This document shows, piece after piece, positions 38,946 to 51,200 of a DNA stretch of 64,000 nt. A model generated the notes under the pieces. The model had not been told where the DNA came from. It searched no databases and worked only from the letters and a program-made list of their open reading frames with translations. The DNA is taken from the IMG/VR virus record IMGVR_UViG_3300033153_000868, positions 32,001 through 96,000 of that record, one strand, 5' to 3'. Positions within the stretch are counted from its first letter, which is position 1, and each line of letters opens with the position of its first letter. Source of the DNA: a virus. A program made the translations under genes and the position numbers.

Positions 38946-41900
38946 TTATTTACCGTGTATAGCTTTATCTTTTTTCTGCAAAGCTCTATTATTAGTTCTA
39001 ATATTTTCTAAGAGTTCCTGCATCTTCATTGTTTGCTGATCAATACCCATTAAACCTTGGCTAAAATCCATTTTCTCTGAGCCAGTTGAAGTTGTATATT
39101 CAGTCCAATTAGCTTGTTCAGCTGGATCTGTTGGCTTAGGATTATATCTATTAATTTCATATATCATATCATAGTCACCGGTTCCATTTTTAGTAATTCT
39201 AAAAGTACCTGTATTTGTAATTCCATCATCATTAGGAACAACATAATCATGATAAGTACTATTATCTCCTCCTAATATATCCATTTCAGTAGAAGAAAAA
39301 TAATCATTTTTTCTAGCTTTAGGGTTTAGATCATACTTTTGATCAAAGACAAGAAATATACCCGTTCCTTGATCATCCTCACCGGCTCCTTTTAATAAAG
39401 CAATGTCATCAGTAGTTAATGCACCAAATTGTTTTGTAACGTCTGATGTTGGTCCTTTTACTTTTGAAGCTAACCATTCAGACATATTATCTATTTCAAA
39501 ACCAGCATGCGTTTTGTCTGCCTTAGATGCTATATCAAAAACAGATTTGTATGAAAGTCTAAATATAGGAGCAATTGCTGCTGTATTAGATCTTTTAGGA
39601 TTATTAAGCCAAGTTTGTGTATCTTTTATTAATAGATCCAAAACCTTAGTACCAAGACCATCTCTCTGTAGAAGTTGATCTTCATTTTTCAATGTACCAG
39701 TACCTATACCAAATGGAATACCGTTTTCTTTTAAGTACTTTAATTGACCAAGCATGTTTTGCATTTCTCCAAATGCATTGGGGCTTGGTGATAACGGATT
39801 AAATTCATATGTATATGTAGGATTATTTACTATATCTGCATAGCCACCTTGGACACCATTCTTAATAGATTCAAATGAAGCTGACGCAGTGTTAGCATCT
39901 CTTTGATCTGTTAAAGCAGCATTTAATTCTAATGCCAAAGCATCATAAACTTTGTTTGCCTCGTCTCTAATTTCTTCTTTGTTAATGCGTCTTGCAACGT
40001 GGGGTATGTTTATAGGTCTATCACCTCTTATTGCTTGTACAGCAGGTTTTCCTGTATTTTCTGTTGTAAACATTGTTCCATCTTGATCTGGACTATCTAC
40101 ATAGAACAAAGGCGTAGAACTATTAAAAGCCTCTCTAACTTTTACCATGTCATTTCTGCTCATTGTAAATTTGAACTTATAGTTTTTATCAGTACCGCCA
40201 TCAACAACCCATGATTGATCTGTATTAATTAACTCACCTGCTCTAGCCCTTTTTAAAGCTTCTTGATAATGAGCCTCTCTAGAACCATAAGGTACACCAT
40301 TCTCATCAAACAAACCTGGCATACCAGCTTCTAACATGCCTTTTATATTTGTAGCTTCAGTAGACCCAGATGTAACAGTATTCAAAACATCATTGTTATC
40401 ATAAGCCTCTTTATATGTTCTATATGCTTCTTGAATAATTATATCACCTGCTTTTGCTTTTGTATCTATACCATTAACCCCAACCATTCTATTATACAAA
40501 GCATCATATTGTGTTGACTGATCTTGAGTAGTAGGTATATTATCTTTAGTTACCTGTCTAGTATCTATAAATGCAGCTTTATTTGTATTATATAATTCTT
40601 TGATAGCATCTATATATTTTAACCCTCCAGTTCCATCTGAATTAGCAGGAGTACTTAATATTCTTCTTAAATCACTAATACTTCCATTTACTTCTCCTCT
40701 GCCTTTAATATTTATACTATAGGTTTGATCTTCAGCATTTGTATTTCCTTTAGGGTACATTAGCTGCAGCATTCCGCTTTGGTTATCTGTACCCAATATT
40801 GCTCCAACATAATCTACAGCAGTAGACTGTAAATGTTCCGCATAAGCTTTTTGTGTAGTTCCTACAATATCTGAATTAGCCGTAAAATTACCATCTTCAT
40901 CTACTGCACCAGTTATAGTATTTGCATCTGAAAGACTAAACACAGGTTCATTTAACATAGATGCTAAATCACCAAAAAAACCACCACCAGCAGCAGCAGA
41001 TCCTTCAGCCCAAGGTAATGCAACAAGGTTTCCTTCCTTGTCATACTTATACCCTTTCTCTAATAAAGTATTATCATCTTTTCTATTTGCTTTATATGCT
41101 GCAAGGTTAAATTCATTAGTAGCACGTGCTTGAATTTCTGCCATGTTATATTTAAACTCCTTTTCCTTAACAGCAAATTCATTAGGTTTCATTTCAAAGA
41201 TATAGTCTCTAGCACTCCATGCTTGAGCAGATTCTTTCATATCATCTATAATGTTACTTTGCATATACAAGTTATATGCTTTATTTATAACATTCTGATT
41301 TGTAGGAGTAGGTCTATTGACTTCTTGTGCTATTTGTTTTTTAGCTTCTATATCTAATTTATACTTTTCTATATCAGATAGTTGCTCTCTGTCTAGTTTA
41401 TCAAGACCACTACCCGGTACAATACCATTTTTAGCTTTATAGTTAGACCATGTAACAGCAGAATTTTCTGCTTTACGTAATGCTTCTACATCATTATTTA
41501 ACTCAGCAGAATTTCTAGCTTCTATTCTTCTAATAGTTTCATTGGCCCACATTTCTTGACCGTTACTAAGAGATGCAGCTGCACCATTATTAACAGCATC
41601 AGTTGCAAAGTCCATCCCTGCAACATAAGCTTCCATTTGATAAGCTTTTTGTACAGAAGGATTATCTAATAGGTTATTTCTAATCTGTTGTAGTGCTGCA
41701 CCAGTAACCAAAGAACCATTTTGTTCAGTAATAATCCAATCAGTGTTGGCTATTTCTTTTCTATTTTCACGTGATACAGGTTTATTAGGATCAAAGTTTG
41801 GGTTTGGTACTTTAGCAAACCTATCCATTTTCATTTTCAATGGTGGATCCATGTTAGCCAACATTTGCTGACTCATTTTAAATAAGTTAGCTTTAGGCAC

Positions 41901-42404
41901 ATAATCAGGCAAAGACATTCTTAATGCATCTTCTGGATCAGAATTAATAAACTCATCCATTTTATATTGCATGCCTCTCATTCCAACATCCCAGTATTTT
42001 TCTTGTACCGTTTGATCAGGAGAATTTAATAAGTTCTGTGCTCTTTGTGATTGATCTCTAAACCTTGAGGTATAGACCATATCCTTTACAGTAATATCAT
42101 CTTCATAGAATGGTGCAAAAACACTTTTAGCCGCATCTACATTAGAAGCTAATGATAAATCTAATCCTGATATTTGTTCTATTTGAGGAGCAATTTGCTC
42201 AGCATATTGATCTCTCCTCTCTTTAGTATCTTCTCTTGATAAGTCTGCATAAACAACTTTATTATATAAGTCATTTGTAGCTTTGTAATTAGCATCATAC
42301 TTATCAGTTCTAGTTTGTAGAACAGCAGACAAGAATTTATAATCCGGTGTAAACGGTTTAATGTCTGGTAAATAAGTATCTGCTCCTTTAACGTATGTTG
42401 CCAT
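38946..42404 (-). CDS. Putative virion cargo/ejection protein
   Basis: 1152 aa directly upstream of the RNAP gene; helical N-terminus. Confidence 0.55.
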   Translation of the reverse strand: MATYVKGADTYLPDIKPFTPDYKFLSAVLQTRTDKYDANYKATNDLYNKVVYADLSREDTKERRDQYAEQIAPQIEQISGLDLSLASNVDAAKSVFAPFYEDDITVKDMVYTSRFRDQSQRAQNLLNSPDQTVQEKYWDVGMRGMQYKMDEFINSDPEDALRMSLPDYVPKANLFKMSQQMLANMDPPLKMKMDRFAKVPNPNFDPNKPVSRENRKEIANTDWIITEQNGSLVTGAALQQIRNNLLDNPSVQKAYQMEAYVAGMDFATDAVNNGAAASLSNGQEMWANETIRRIEARNSAELNNDVEALRKAENSAVTWSNYKAKNGIVPGSGLDKLDREQLSDIEKYKLDIEAKKQIAQEVNRPTPTNQNVINKAYNLYMQSNIIDDMKESAQAWSARDYIFEMKPNEFAVKEKEFKYNMAEIQARATNEFNLAAYKANRKDDNTLLEKGYKYDKEGNLVALPWAEGSAAAGGGFFGDLASMLNEPVFSLSDANTITGAVDEDGNFTANSDIVGTTQKAYAEHLQSTAVDYVGAILGTDNQSGMLQLMYPKGNTNAEDQTYSINIKGRGEVNGSISDLRRILSTPANSDGTGGLKYIDAIKELYNTNKAAFIDTRQVTKDNIPTTQDQSTQYDALYNRMVGVNGIDTKAKAGDIIIQEAYRTYKEAYDNNDVLNTVTSGSTEATNIKGMLEAGMPGLFDENGVPYGSREAHYQEALKRARAGELINTDQSWVVDGGTDKNYKFKFTMSRNDMVKVREAFNSSTPLFYVDSPDQDGTMFTTENTGKPAVQAIRGDRPINIPHVARRINKEEIRDEANKVYDALALELNAALTDQRDANTASASFESIKNGVQGGYADIVNNPTYTYEFNPLSPSPNAFGEMQNMLGQLKYLKENGIPFGIGTGTLKNEDQLLQRDGLGTKVLDLLIKDTQTWLNNPKRSNTAAIAPIFRLSYKSVFDIASKADKTHAGFEIDNMSEWLASKVKGPTSDVTKQFGALTTDDIALLKGAGEDDQGTGIFLVFDQKYDLNPKARKNDYFSSTEMDILGGDNSTYHDYVVPNDDGITNTGTFRITKNGTGDYDMIYEINRYNPKPTDPAEQANWTEYTTSTGSEKMDFSQGLMGIDQQTMKMQELLENIRTNNRALQKKDKAIHGK

Positions 42405-42463
42405 AATGTAAAATTAATATAATTATATAAGTTTACAAAGTGTTTTGTATAAACCCTTTAGGT

Positions 42464-45427
42464 TTACATTCCCATCTTACCACTGTAAAATGGTACTGCC
42501 CACTTTGATAACTTTTTTATTTCTTTTCCTTTTTGTGATCTAGTTATTGTATTCCTAGCTGCATCATATCCTACTGGTGCTCCTTGAGTGTTAAGTTCAT
42601 TTTGACCATATGTTCTTTGAGTATTAGTAGAAGAACTTACAGGACCATATATTCTTTCCCACATGCTTTCTGTAACTTCCCTTTGATTACCCTTTTCATC
42701 TTTACCAACAAGTTCTTGCAGTCTTTGCCACTTTTCTATATTTGATTGAACTTGATCTCCTTGATTATCTTTCATTAATTTTTTGCCATTTGGACCAAAT
42801 TCTACTATACCTGCTCTAGATGGATTAACATTATAATAATCATACAGTTGATTCATATTATATGTATTAGCCATATTGGTAAGTCCTGCATTATATAACT
42901 CATTTGTTTTTGCAGTTTGCCAATTCTTAAAGTTATCGGCATTTTGCAATGCAGTAACTGTATCATCATATAGTTTTTTGGTTGTTGCATTATTTAACTG
43001 ATCAACTTTCATGTCTAACTGAGGCTGCATAGTTGCAACTTGATTCATAGTTCTGACATTGTTCTGATTAACTTGATTAATAGCTTTAGCATTAGCATCT
43101 AAAGTTTTACCTTGAATGTTACTACGTGCAATTGCCTGTGGACCATAAGCACCTAGTGCCTGCGCCATTGTATTTTGAGCAGCAAGATTAGCATTTACTC
43201 TACCAGTATAGTCATCTAATACATAATCAATTTTTTGATCCTCTAATACTGGAGCAAATGGAAGATATAGATTATCTTTTATATTATTTTGTGCAATAAG
43301 GTTATTTATATCTTGTTGCCACCATTGTGGATCTACTTCTGGTTTAGGTTGTACTGCTGGTTTCTTTGTAATCTTTTCTGGATCATCTGGTAAATCCATA
43401 AACTTCTCATCTCTTGGTTGATAGTTCATATCAAAACCAGGAGCATTTACAGTATAACCACCTCTCTTACCATCAAATCTTCTTTTTTTCCATTCTTTAT
43501 CTAGCTTACCATCTCCATCCTTATCATATGTAGCAGGATCATTTTTAAGTCTTTCTGCTAATACTTCATCTGTAAAGAAGTAAGGAATATATTGAACACC
43601 TTTTTTGTCAAAGTATTCTTTTCTTTTTTCTTCATATTTATTTTGAAATGTTCTCCAGTTTTTATCATAATCCGGATCTGACATTTTCATATTAAACTTA
43701 AAGTCAACCCCCTCTTCTTCTTTCATTGCATCAATGACTGCTTTATTTCTGTAATAAAAATCTTTTTCAGAATCCTCACTAGAAAAAACATTTGAACCAT
43801 AGCCAAAATTATCTGTATTTACAGCTTGAACATCAGGTAATTGATTACCAGAATACTTACCACTTATAAAAGTTGCTATATCACCTACATTAGGATCCTC
43901 ATTTAATTCTTGCTGAGTTCTTATATCTGGTGTATATGTATCTGCAAGAGCTCCTGAACCTGCTATTTTATCTTGATCAAATACTTGTACTTTAGTGCCT
44001 TCTTTCATGGTTCTACCATCAACAGCTTCTCTTACAAAAGATATTTTGTTTTTACCATCTTTCTTTACTACAGTAGGAATATATCCATCTGCTATATATT
44101 GATCATATTGTTTAGCCTTTTCACTTCCTGCTGCATATGGATTTTTATTACCACCAGACTCTACAACAGTTTCTACTTGTTTGTCAGTAGCTCCTACTTG
44201 CTTATCAGTTGTTACAGCTTCTGCCTCAGTTTCTGTTACTGTCTCAGTTACATCTTCTGTAATTCTGTATTCTTCAGGTACTTGACCATTTTGAATTGCA
44301 GCAATAGCTTGTCTTCTCAATTCTGATTTAGGAATAGGATCAGAGCCATCTTCTAAATACCAAGCTTTACCATCCCAAGTAGCATCTTTCATGTTCTTAG
44401 GATAACCAAGATTTTTTCTTTTATAATACTGTCTAGCAGTTTCACCTTTCTTTTGATAGCTTTCTAGTTCTTTACCTTCTCCTGCTTTAATTAAAAAGTC
44501 ACCCAGCTCAGTACCAAATTGAGCCATATTGCCAATCATAGCATTATTTTCCATAGCTAATCCTGGTTCACCTGCAGGTGGCATAAATGCATCCATTGGT
44601 GCAGGCATTCCTTGTTGTGGCATTTGTTGTTGAATATCTTGTTGTTGCATTTGTTGAGCCATCATTTCTTGCAACATCATTATTTGTTGCTGTTGCTCTA
44701 ATGGTAATGATGCAAATGCTTTGGCTTCTGCTTCTTTTCTTGATATCTCTTCTACTTTAGCAGTAAACTCAATTGGGTCTTCGCCAATAGAAACCAAGTA
44801 TGGATGAGATGCTAAAGGCACCCCATCTGAAAAATCTTTTTTAGCTTCTTGTATAAAGGCAAGTTTAGATAAATCATTCATATTTTTTTTAAGCATAAGC
44901 TCTGCACTTGTAGCAGAAATATTATCTGCATATTGTGAATCTAATTCTGCATAATAATCTTGCAACCCAAACTTTTTAGAAATTTTAGCTGGGGTTTTTC
45001 TACTTCCTCCTAATCCAAACTCACTCATTTCATCTTTTGAAAGTTTAAGTTTTCTTGTATCAGAAAAAATAAAAGATTGTTCTGGCAAAAACATTGGTAC
45101 ACCACCACTACTATGTCTTGGTCCTGTTATATCATATAAACCAAATGTTCCATCATCATTTAAATCAGTTAATACTGTTTCTCCACCTTCTGCTTCTAAG
45201 TTAGCATCTTCTCTAGGTACACTAGATAAACTATATCTAACAGATTCATCTTGTGAATTATTAAAGTTAGTGCTACCATAATATGCTTGTGGAGTTGTAA
45301 CCAAACCATAATCAGCTTGATCACCTGTTGTCATACCACCATCTCTCATAGACTTTGCATCTTCAACAACTTTTCCATTACGGATGCTGAAACCTTGCGG
45401 TAATTTGTTTATTTTAATTTTTGCCAT
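42464..45427 (-). CDS. crAss-like cargo protein with xxxGG/xxxGxE motifs
   Basis: 987 aa; ANLEAEGGETV..GPRHSSGGVP..FIFSD domain; Q/M-rich linker; MRDGG, AQFGTE, AGEGKE, YQKKGE, SQKGKE. Confidence 0.6.
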   Translation of the reverse strand: MAKIKINKLPQGFSIRNGKVVEDAKSMRDGGMTTGDQADYGLVTTPQAYYGSTNFNNSQDESVRYSLSSVPREDANLEAEGGETVLTDLNDDGTFGLYDITGPRHSSGGVPMFLPEQSFIFSDTRKLKLSKDEMSEFGLGGSRKTPAKISKKFGLQDYYAELDSQYADNISATSAELMLKKNMNDLSKLAFIQEAKKDFSDGVPLASHPYLVSIGEDPIEFTAKVEEISRKEAEAKAFASLPLEQQQQIMMLQEMMAQQMQQQDIQQQMPQQGMPAPMDAFMPPAGEPGLAMENNAMIGNMAQFGTELGDFLIKAGEGKELESYQKKGETARQYYKRKNLGYPKNMKDATWDGKAWYLEDGSDPIPKSELRRQAIAAIQNGQVPEEYRITEDVTETVTETEAEAVTTDKQVGATDKQVETVVESGGNKNPYAAGSEKAKQYDQYIADGYIPTVVKKDGKNKISFVREAVDGRTMKEGTKVQVFDQDKIAGSGALADTYTPDIRTQQELNEDPNVGDIATFISGKYSGNQLPDVQAVNTDNFGYGSNVFSSEDSEKDFYYRNKAVIDAMKEEEGVDFKFNMKMSDPDYDKNWRTFQNKYEEKRKEYFDKKGVQYIPYFFTDEVLAERLKNDPATYDKDGDGKLDKEWKKRRFDGKRGGYTVNAPGFDMNYQPRDEKFMDLPDDPEKITKKPAVQPKPEVDPQWWQQDINNLIAQNNIKDNLYLPFAPVLEDQKIDYVLDDYTGRVNANLAAQNTMAQALGAYGPQAIARSNIQGKTLDANAKAINQVNQNNVRTMNQVATMQPQLDMKVDQLNNATTKKLYDDTVTALQNADNFKNWQTAKTNELYNAGLTNMANTYNMNQLYDYYNVNPSRAGIVEFGPNGKKLMKDNQGDQVQSNIEKWQRLQELVGKDEKGNQREVTESMWERIYGPVSSSTNTQRTYGQNELNTQGAPVGYDAARNTITRSQKGKEIKKLSKWAVPFYSGKMGM

Positions 45428-45429
45428 AA

Positions 45430-48231
45430 TTATAATTTTTCTATGTCAGCTCCAGCTGCAATTAGTTTTGCCAACATTCTTGAATCAACTTCTACAGTCT
45501 GCTCTCCTCCATTTTGTTTTTTTGATTTAATCAAATGAATGTAACCATTGTCATCATCATAATAATCAGCGGTCTTAAAATCATATGATCTACCATCTTC
45601 ACTTGGATCTGAAGTATAATAAGGAGCTTTATTTTTATAATTTACATTAACAGGTTGACCTGCATTATATGCTTCAGGATCAATTTGTGATGCTAAGTAT
45701 TGTTGTAGTTTAAACTCAGGAAACATTCTAGCACCACTTAAGTTATTGCTATTACCTATAAACAGTGTATCATTTTCAGTAACTCCCATTTGAGACATAA
45801 TATCTTTTATAGCAGTTTTATCATTTTTGTTTTTATCTCTAAATAACTCTATATACTCTTGTAGATAATTATGATCATAGTTTTTAATTCTTTCTTTTCT
45901 TTCTTTTCTTGTTTCTCCAGCATCTTGAGCTTTAGCTAACTCTCTTTTAATAACTCTATCTCTATTTGCTAAGTATGCTTCTTCTCCTTTAGCTCCACCA
46001 TATGCCATATTACTAAGTATGTTATGCTGTGCTTCTGGAGGCAATGCTTTAAAGCCAGGATTGTTTACACCACCACCTTCTTTACTCATATATAATCCTG
46101 TTGTTCTATCACCCTCACTACCCATTAGTCCGGTGTTTACATCAAAAGTCCCCCTCTTATTAAATGCATCAGTAGTAGTTCCATATAAATTATCTGCAAC
46201 TACATCACCACGCATATCTGCATAAGCATTATTCCATTCTTTTTGCTGGTAAATATCATTAAAAATATCAGCTGTTTGAACTGCTGCATTAGATAAATCA
46301 CCAAATAATCTACCACCTATTGTATTTGGAAATCTTAGTAAGCTATTATTAAAATTACTAAGTAAAGCATTAGGACTTTTATCCTTTTTGGCTGTAGGAA
46401 GATTTATATCTCCAAATAAATCTGCTGCTGTTCTTTGAGCAGGTTGACTATTTGTTTGATCTTCTGTTGGATTTGGATTAAAAGGATTATCAAACTGTTC
46501 TTCATATTCTGCATACAGCTGTTGAGCATTGGCACCACCTCTTGTAACAGGGTCTTGCACCACCCATTCCTTAAAGGTAAGCTTATCATTTGCTACCGGA
46601 CCTCCAGCTGAACCTGCATACTGTTTAATAGGAAGCTCTGCTCCATACATAGCAAACATTTCTTGAAAGTCTGTAAGATAAGGAAGGCCTTTTTCAAACT
46701 TTGGGTCTAAAGGACCATCATAGTCTTTTGGTATAAACATATCAAAATTCGGATCATTACCTTCAATAGCATCTTCACCAGGTCCTTGATTAAATTCAGG
46801 ATCTAAATCTACTTCTTGTGGATCTTTCTTTTCAGTAGCAGGAAACCTACCTTCAGCAGACATTGGATCTACTTGATATTCAGTTGGTATTTCTTGTCCT
46901 TTCTTTTTTAATATAGATTCAATATATGCTTTTGTTTCTGCTGTTCCTGTTTGCCATTTCTTTAGCAGATCATCAGAGATTTTTTTTACTGCACTTGGAG
47001 CATTTACATCATCTAGTATTCTATCTGCTTCTGTTTTTATAATATTTCCTAATGCATCTTTCTGTTGATCTAGTTCTGGATTTTCAATTTTAAATTGTTC
47101 AAACCATTTAGCTGCAGCATTTTTATTTTCATCACTTAAATCAAATTCAAATTTATATTTAGTATCTGCTGCTTTTTGTAATTGATTAGATATTCTTCTT
47201 CCTTTCCAATCTCTAAAACTGCCATCTTTTACACCATCACCATCTTCATCTTTACCGCTAAATAAATCTTTTCCTACTGAACTAATTGCATTAAGAGTTT
47301 TACCCAAATTTAAACCACTGCTTGTTTTAAATAAAGCAGGATTAAACATAAAAGGATCTGGATTTATATATCCATTGTCATTTTGATCTACATAATCTTT
47401 AATTACATTTTTATCTTGATCAGTGACTTTTACATTATTACCAGAAATATCTATATTACTATTCTTTGCAGCATTTGCAAAAGAATTCATCATGTCTAAG
47501 TTATCTGTGCCAGCAGAGTTTGATGTTTCTTTTCCTTCTTGTGCTTTAGGTGCATCATGAGTATATCCGGCTTTCTTTAATCTAAGGTGAGCTTCATGAT
47601 CCCTTGCTCTAATCTTTCTATCACCTTTATACATAAAGTGTGGCTCAAATTCACCACCTTCTTCCTTCTTCCATCCAGCAGCATTCTTAGCAAAGTTTGC
47701 CATTTTTACTACTGATGGTGGATAATTATCCGTGTTACTCATAACTTTGTTATAAGCTTCAGATACTGACATACCTCTTGCTTTAGCCCATCTAGTAAAC
47801 TTACCTTTATTTTCAGGTTTAATTTCTATACCAGATTTAGCTTGATCAATAGATGTAATATCCATATCCATAGCAGGAGCTTGTTCTTGCATTTCTTCTG
47901 CTCTTGCTAGTTGTTGAGGATTATTTGTTATTTCTTGAGGGCTGGGTTCTTTTGGTTGTTGCATCCTTTGAACTTCTTCAAACAATTGAATGATTGCTTC
48001 CTCTTCATAACCAAGTTGCATAAGTGCTTGACCTATAAGATTTTGATCTACTTCTTGTTGCATTAATCCCATTAATACTTCTTGAGGTTGTCTACCCTCA
48101 TCAATAGATGTAGAAAATATTTCAGTTATTTGCATAACTTGTGGATCAACTTGAGGCTGCTGTTGCATTCCAGGTTGACCAGGCATCATTGCACCTCCTT
48201 GTTGTTTTACACTTTTTTTGTTTAAATCCAC
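45430..48231 (-). CDS. Modular virion cargo polyprotein
   Basis: 933 aa, GTG start; 10 motif copies delimit short modules, e.g. IEIKPENKGKFT...ANFAKNAAGWK. Confidence 0.6.
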   Translation of the reverse strand: MDLNKKSVKQQGGAMMPGQPGMQQQPQVDPQVMQITEIFSTSIDEGRQPQEVLMGLMQQEVDQNLIGQALMQLGYEEEAIIQLFEEVQRMQQPKEPSPQEITNNPQQLARAEEMQEQAPAMDMDITSIDQAKSGIEIKPENKGKFTRWAKARGMSVSEAYNKVMSNTDNYPPSVVKMANFAKNAAGWKKEEGGEFEPHFMYKGDRKIRARDHEAHLRLKKAGYTHDAPKAQEGKETSNSAGTDNLDMMNSFANAAKNSNIDISGNNVKVTDQDKNVIKDYVDQNDNGYINPDPFMFNPALFKTSSGLNLGKTLNAISSVGKDLFSGKDEDGDGVKDGSFRDWKGRRISNQLQKAADTKYKFEFDLSDENKNAAAKWFEQFKIENPELDQQKDALGNIIKTEADRILDDVNAPSAVKKISDDLLKKWQTGTAETKAYIESILKKKGQEIPTEYQVDPMSAEGRFPATEKKDPQEVDLDPEFNQGPGEDAIEGNDPNFDMFIPKDYDGPLDPKFEKGLPYLTDFQEMFAMYGAELPIKQYAGSAGGPVANDKLTFKEWVVQDPVTRGGANAQQLYAEYEEQFDNPFNPNPTEDQTNSQPAQRTAADLFGDINLPTAKKDKSPNALLSNFNNSLLRFPNTIGGRLFGDLSNAAVQTADIFNDIYQQKEWNNAYADMRGDVVADNLYGTTTDAFNKRGTFDVNTGLMGSEGDRTTGLYMSKEGGGVNNPGFKALPPEAQHNILSNMAYGGAKGEEAYLANRDRVIKRELAKAQDAGETRKERKERIKNYDHNYLQEYIELFRDKNKNDKTAIKDIMSQMGVTENDTLFIGNSNNLSGARMFPEFKLQQYLASQIDPEAYNAGQPVNVNYKNKAPYYTSDPSEDGRSYDFKTADYYDDDNGYIHLIKSKKQNGGEQTVEVDSRMLAKLIAAGADIEKL

Positions 48232-48249
48232 GTTGATAATATTATATTA

Positions 48250-48265
48250 TTAATATACAAATAAT
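48250..48265 (-). promoter_or_regulatory. Candidate late promoter core
   Basis: - strand ATTATTTGTATATTAA about 20 nt upstream of the 48231 start. Confidence 0.45.
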
Positions 48266-48291
48266 TAGGGAGATTCACTAATCTTTATGGT

Positions 48292-51200
48292 TTAAGCTTT
48301 ATAAAGATGAGTCAAAATATAATTTGGTGGAGACATGTTTCCTAACTCTTTTGCATCTTTATAATGTTTTCTATTTAATTTATCATATATACTTTTAGCT
48401 TTAGCTTCTTCATTAGTACCATCATATATTCCATCCATATAATCTTTATACATCTGAAGCTTTTTCTTTTCTCCACCTATTTTATAATCTGGCATGTACT
48501 TACCCAATTGCTGAAATTTCAAATATTTAGCATTTTTCTTAACTCCTTCAGTATATGTCTTACCGTCATCTTTGCTTGAACCACCCCAATGTTTAGGAAG
48601 AGTATTAAACAAATCATTTCTATCTACACCTTCTCTATTGTTAGCTAAAAATGCTAATCTTAACACAGTAGCAATTGCTGCTTTCTCAGGATCTAACAAA
48701 TCTTTATTAGATGTTATTCCAAATTTCTTTAAAATATTTATTTGTTTTTTATTTTCTGGTAAGTTTTTATCTTCTTTAGCTATATTTTCCCATCTAAGCT
48801 GAGTTAACCCAACACTATTATAATCTTCTTGTGCACTTTTAGAATAAGTTGGTAAGTTAATATTTGATGATTGTGCTGCAATTGCTAATAAAGGAGAAAC
48901 ATTTGATAACTGATTAGTGGTATCTAATGTAAAACCTTCATATTTTTTAAACACATCAGGAGATGAAGTTACAGTAGGTAACAGATTAGTTGAACCTACT
49001 ACTGGCAATTGACCTTTTTTATTTAGGTCAGCAACATATTTGTTGGCTCCTCTTAAAAGGTTACCTGATTTACTATGCGTGTCACCAAAATTAGATTCAT
49101 TACCATAAATACCAAAAGCAATTCTAGCAATATCATTATATACATCACTAGGTATACCTGCTTCTTGCATTATTTGTTTCTTGTTATTTACTAAAGCATT
49201 TATAAATGGCTTTGTTGAATTTTCTTGTTCTTCTTTATCTGATGTATCTGACGTAAAGAAATTACCAACAGATTTTAAACCTCCTGTTTCATTATACACA
49301 TCTTCTTCAAAAGCCTGTTGATCAAACACTGGACGTATAGGTTGATAGTTTAATGTGTTTACAGTATAGTTAGATCCTTGTTGAGTTTGCTCACTACCTT
49401 TAGAGTCAATATAATTAGATGCATATTTTTCTCTATTATCTTTAGACATTTTTAATACAGCTTGTCCATCAACCCATTGGAAATTATTACCTTCATCTTC
49501 TGGTAATATATATACTGCTGTACCTGCTGGCATTCCTAAATCATATAATGCTTGCAAATCACTACATTGACCATTTACACAGCCATTACTTGCTCTATTA
49601 TTATCTATATTACCATCATCAAATAAACCTTTTCTACCTTTTGTGGGTCCATGAATAGCTGTAGCTACATCTATATCAGTACCATCTGTATATAAATTAA
49701 ATGAAGGAACACCTTTACCACCATATTTATCAGGTGAATCAGCATAACTTTCTTTTATATAATACTTACCAGCACCTGTATTTTTATTACCGGCACTCCA
49801 ATTAGGAATCCACTTACCATTTCTTTTATCTTCATCTGTTATTTGTCCATCATTATTCAAATCCCACATTTTTGTTACAGTTAAAGCATCACCTTCATTA
49901 GCACCTGTAAGAACTTCAAAATCTAATACTGGTTTGCCACCCCTCCAAACTTCTAATCTTTTTGTTTTTTTGTTTACTATAACATAATGACCATTTGGAT
50001 CATTAACCATTTGTGATTTTTTTATAATATCTTCATCAGATGAATCATTAATATTTCTTCTATCCTGATCCAACAGCTCAACATCTTGCCAAGTTTCTTC
50101 AATTTCATCTACTGGTTCATATGAATCTTGAGGTATCCTTAGTTCTTGATTAACAAAAATTTCATTAATATTAGATATATCATTTTCTTGTGCTAACTTT
50201 CTTACTGTTGTACCATATTTAGTTGCTATTCTTCCAAGAGTATCACCAGACTTTACATCATAAAAAGCATATTTAGTTTTACTCTTTGGTAATTTTATTT
50301 CTTGATTTATTGAAATCTTACTCGGATTAGCTATATCATTTAACTCAGCTATCTCATCTACAGTAGTTCCATATTTATCTGCTATTCTAGTTAAGTTATC
50401 TCCAGACTTTACAGTGTATATATTTAATTCTTCTTTTGGTTTTTCATTTTGTTTTTCTGGTTCACGTAAAGGGCCAACAAAAGAAGAGTTTAATTCTGGA
50501 AGTTCTTCAACATAATTAGATGGCATCCATAATTGACTATAGTCATAACCTTCTTGCTCATTTTCTCTCACAGGTCCAGCAAATTGTTTTTCAGGAAGAT
50601 CATCTTGATATTTATATAATTGCTTATAGTAATCATATGCTTCATCAGTAGTTGTCTTTAGAAAATTTTCCTGTACATTAGGTCTGCCTTCTGTATTTTT
50701 ATCAAACAAAATCATATCAATATAATCTTGAGTTTCTTTAGGTAATCTAGAAACCCATTGAACATCATTATATATATCCAGACCTTCTTCTTTTAATTCA
50801 TTTAGCAAATCTCTTGTATTACCTCTACCCCAGTTATATGCTGCTAGTGTTTTAATCAATCTTACATCTTGATCTTGATTTTCCTTATTTATAAATGATG
50901 AGTTATACAATTCATTCATAGACCATTCTTGGACATCATGATTTTGTTCAGGATCATATGGATCTATTTCTTTAACATTTTTTGCTTTCTTATAATCTGC
51001 TATAAGACTATCTCCTATTTGACCAAGACCCATATAACCTGCACTACTTTTAGCTTTTGGATTTAAGTTAGATTCAACAAAAGCTTGCTTATACAATAGA
51101 TTAGGGTTAATACTATTTTTATTTTCTACCTTTTTATCAGAGTCTTTAGGGATATAGATTCTATCATAAAACTCATATGGTTTTATGGCTGCATTTGCTA

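Noticed and set aside
44580-44700. CAA/CAG-rich low-complexity tract
   Set aside because: Simply encodes a Q/M-rich linker; not a DNA repeat element.
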